From: Chlorokybus atmophyticus
Taxonomy: Eukaryota > Plantae > Mesostigma and Chlorokybus algae
Direction of reading: 5' to 3'
Length of the DNA: 64,000 nt
NCBI GenBank assembly: GCA_009103225.1
Contig: RHPI01002533.1
Span: 84,123 to 148,122 of the forward strand
A model generated the notes under the pieces. That model did not search any database, was not told the origin of the DNA, and was given only the letters and a program-made list of their open reading frames with translations. Shown here piece after piece: positions 63,251-64,000 of this stretch. Each line of letters opens with the position of its first letter. Position 1 is the first letter of the stretch. The position numbers and the translations under genes were made by a program.

Positions 63251-64000
63251 CAGCAACCGTTATAGCGAGTGCTATGTTTGGTTGTTGGCGGACATGTATA
63301 TATGTTTATTGTAGTGCTCGATATCAGCTACACGTGGAATATATTTATTTTTAGGTTATCTAACACCTATCTGTTGACATACACACGTGCAAGTGACACG
63401 CCAACAACATCAACACAAGAGCATGACTGCTACTGCCGCCATAGCATCCGCACACATGCTACATCGTGACCTCTTATCTTCATTGCAACAAGTCTGGGCT
63501 TTATACCCCGCCAGTCTCTACACACGTCTACATTGGCAAGCACCGCGTGCGCTATACTCAGCCGATTGCTGTTCTGTAAGCTACGCTGTCTAGCTCACAA
63601 CCAGAGCTTTCCAACAAGCTAAGCCACGTCTGCTAAGCTTACGTATCCACGAAGCTACGCGATTTCTCCCAAGGCTCTACCAAGCAGCCTGGTCCGGAGT
63701 CCGTCATGACTCGACCGTCTTGCTAAGTCTGGAGCCCACGCGCTTCTTCCTGGTACCTTCGACCCTCGACTCCTGTATGAAGGGCAAGCTGACCGGATAC
63801 AAGCATCACCCATGTAATACCTTCAACACTATCGAGTCAGACATGACCTCTAAAAGGTAGGGGTGTATGAGGGGTTGCACAAAATGACAAGTGCCCTAGT
63901 TCCGGGCGCGCAGATTCACAACAGGTGTTAGGGTTGGGGTAGGCGCAGTGGTTGGCGTTGGGGGTGGCGGCCTTGGTGGCGGCGGCGGCGGGGGAGAGGG

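Noticed and set aside
63850-64000. Possible PPT and LTR start of another element (AAAAGGTAGGGGTG-TATGAGG)
   Set aside because: No canonical TG start, no upstream integrase sequence recognised, and truncated by the window edge.

Overview
Eukaryotic, intron-rich green-algal DNA. It is probably an early-diverging streptophyte (charophyte) alga: this is inferred from a TORTIFOLIA1-like gene and a DNMT-carrying Gypsy element, and is not confirmed. The window has three parts. (1) 1-6400 is transposon-derived: the 5' half of a Ty3/Gypsy element on the minus strand (LTR, PBS, gag, an in-frame UAG, then protease), hAT-like remnants and an AT-rich desert. (2) About 6500-40300 is a compact island of 10 recognisable spliced genes, mostly in head-to-head pairs: TOR1/SPR2-like, a Rad6/UBC2-like E2, a HAD hydrolase, a GNL3/nucleostemin GTPase, an FGGY XK1-like kinase, CYP97C/LUT1, an STR11-like rhodanese, ICP55, a DUF493 protein and an IU-nucleoside hydrolase. 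One or two orphan gene candidates lie among them. (3) About 40300-64000 is a nest of mobile elements. The highlight is a decayed ~9-kb Gypsy element whose single ancestral polyprotein reads Gag, 2x Zn knuckle, N/G-rich repeats, a large unknown domain, protease, C5 DNA methyltransferase, RT, RNase H, integrase and a C-terminal PHD finger. It therefore appears to carry both a chromatin writer and a chromatin reader. The PHD finger is hidden by frameshifts and is absent from the ORF track. Also present: a second decayed copy of the first Gypsy family interrupted by a TIR element, a TRIM-like element with tRNA-type A/B boxes, and a Penelope-like RT remnant. Exon boundaries were read by eye, so gene coordinates are outer CDS bounds. 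No database searches were run.
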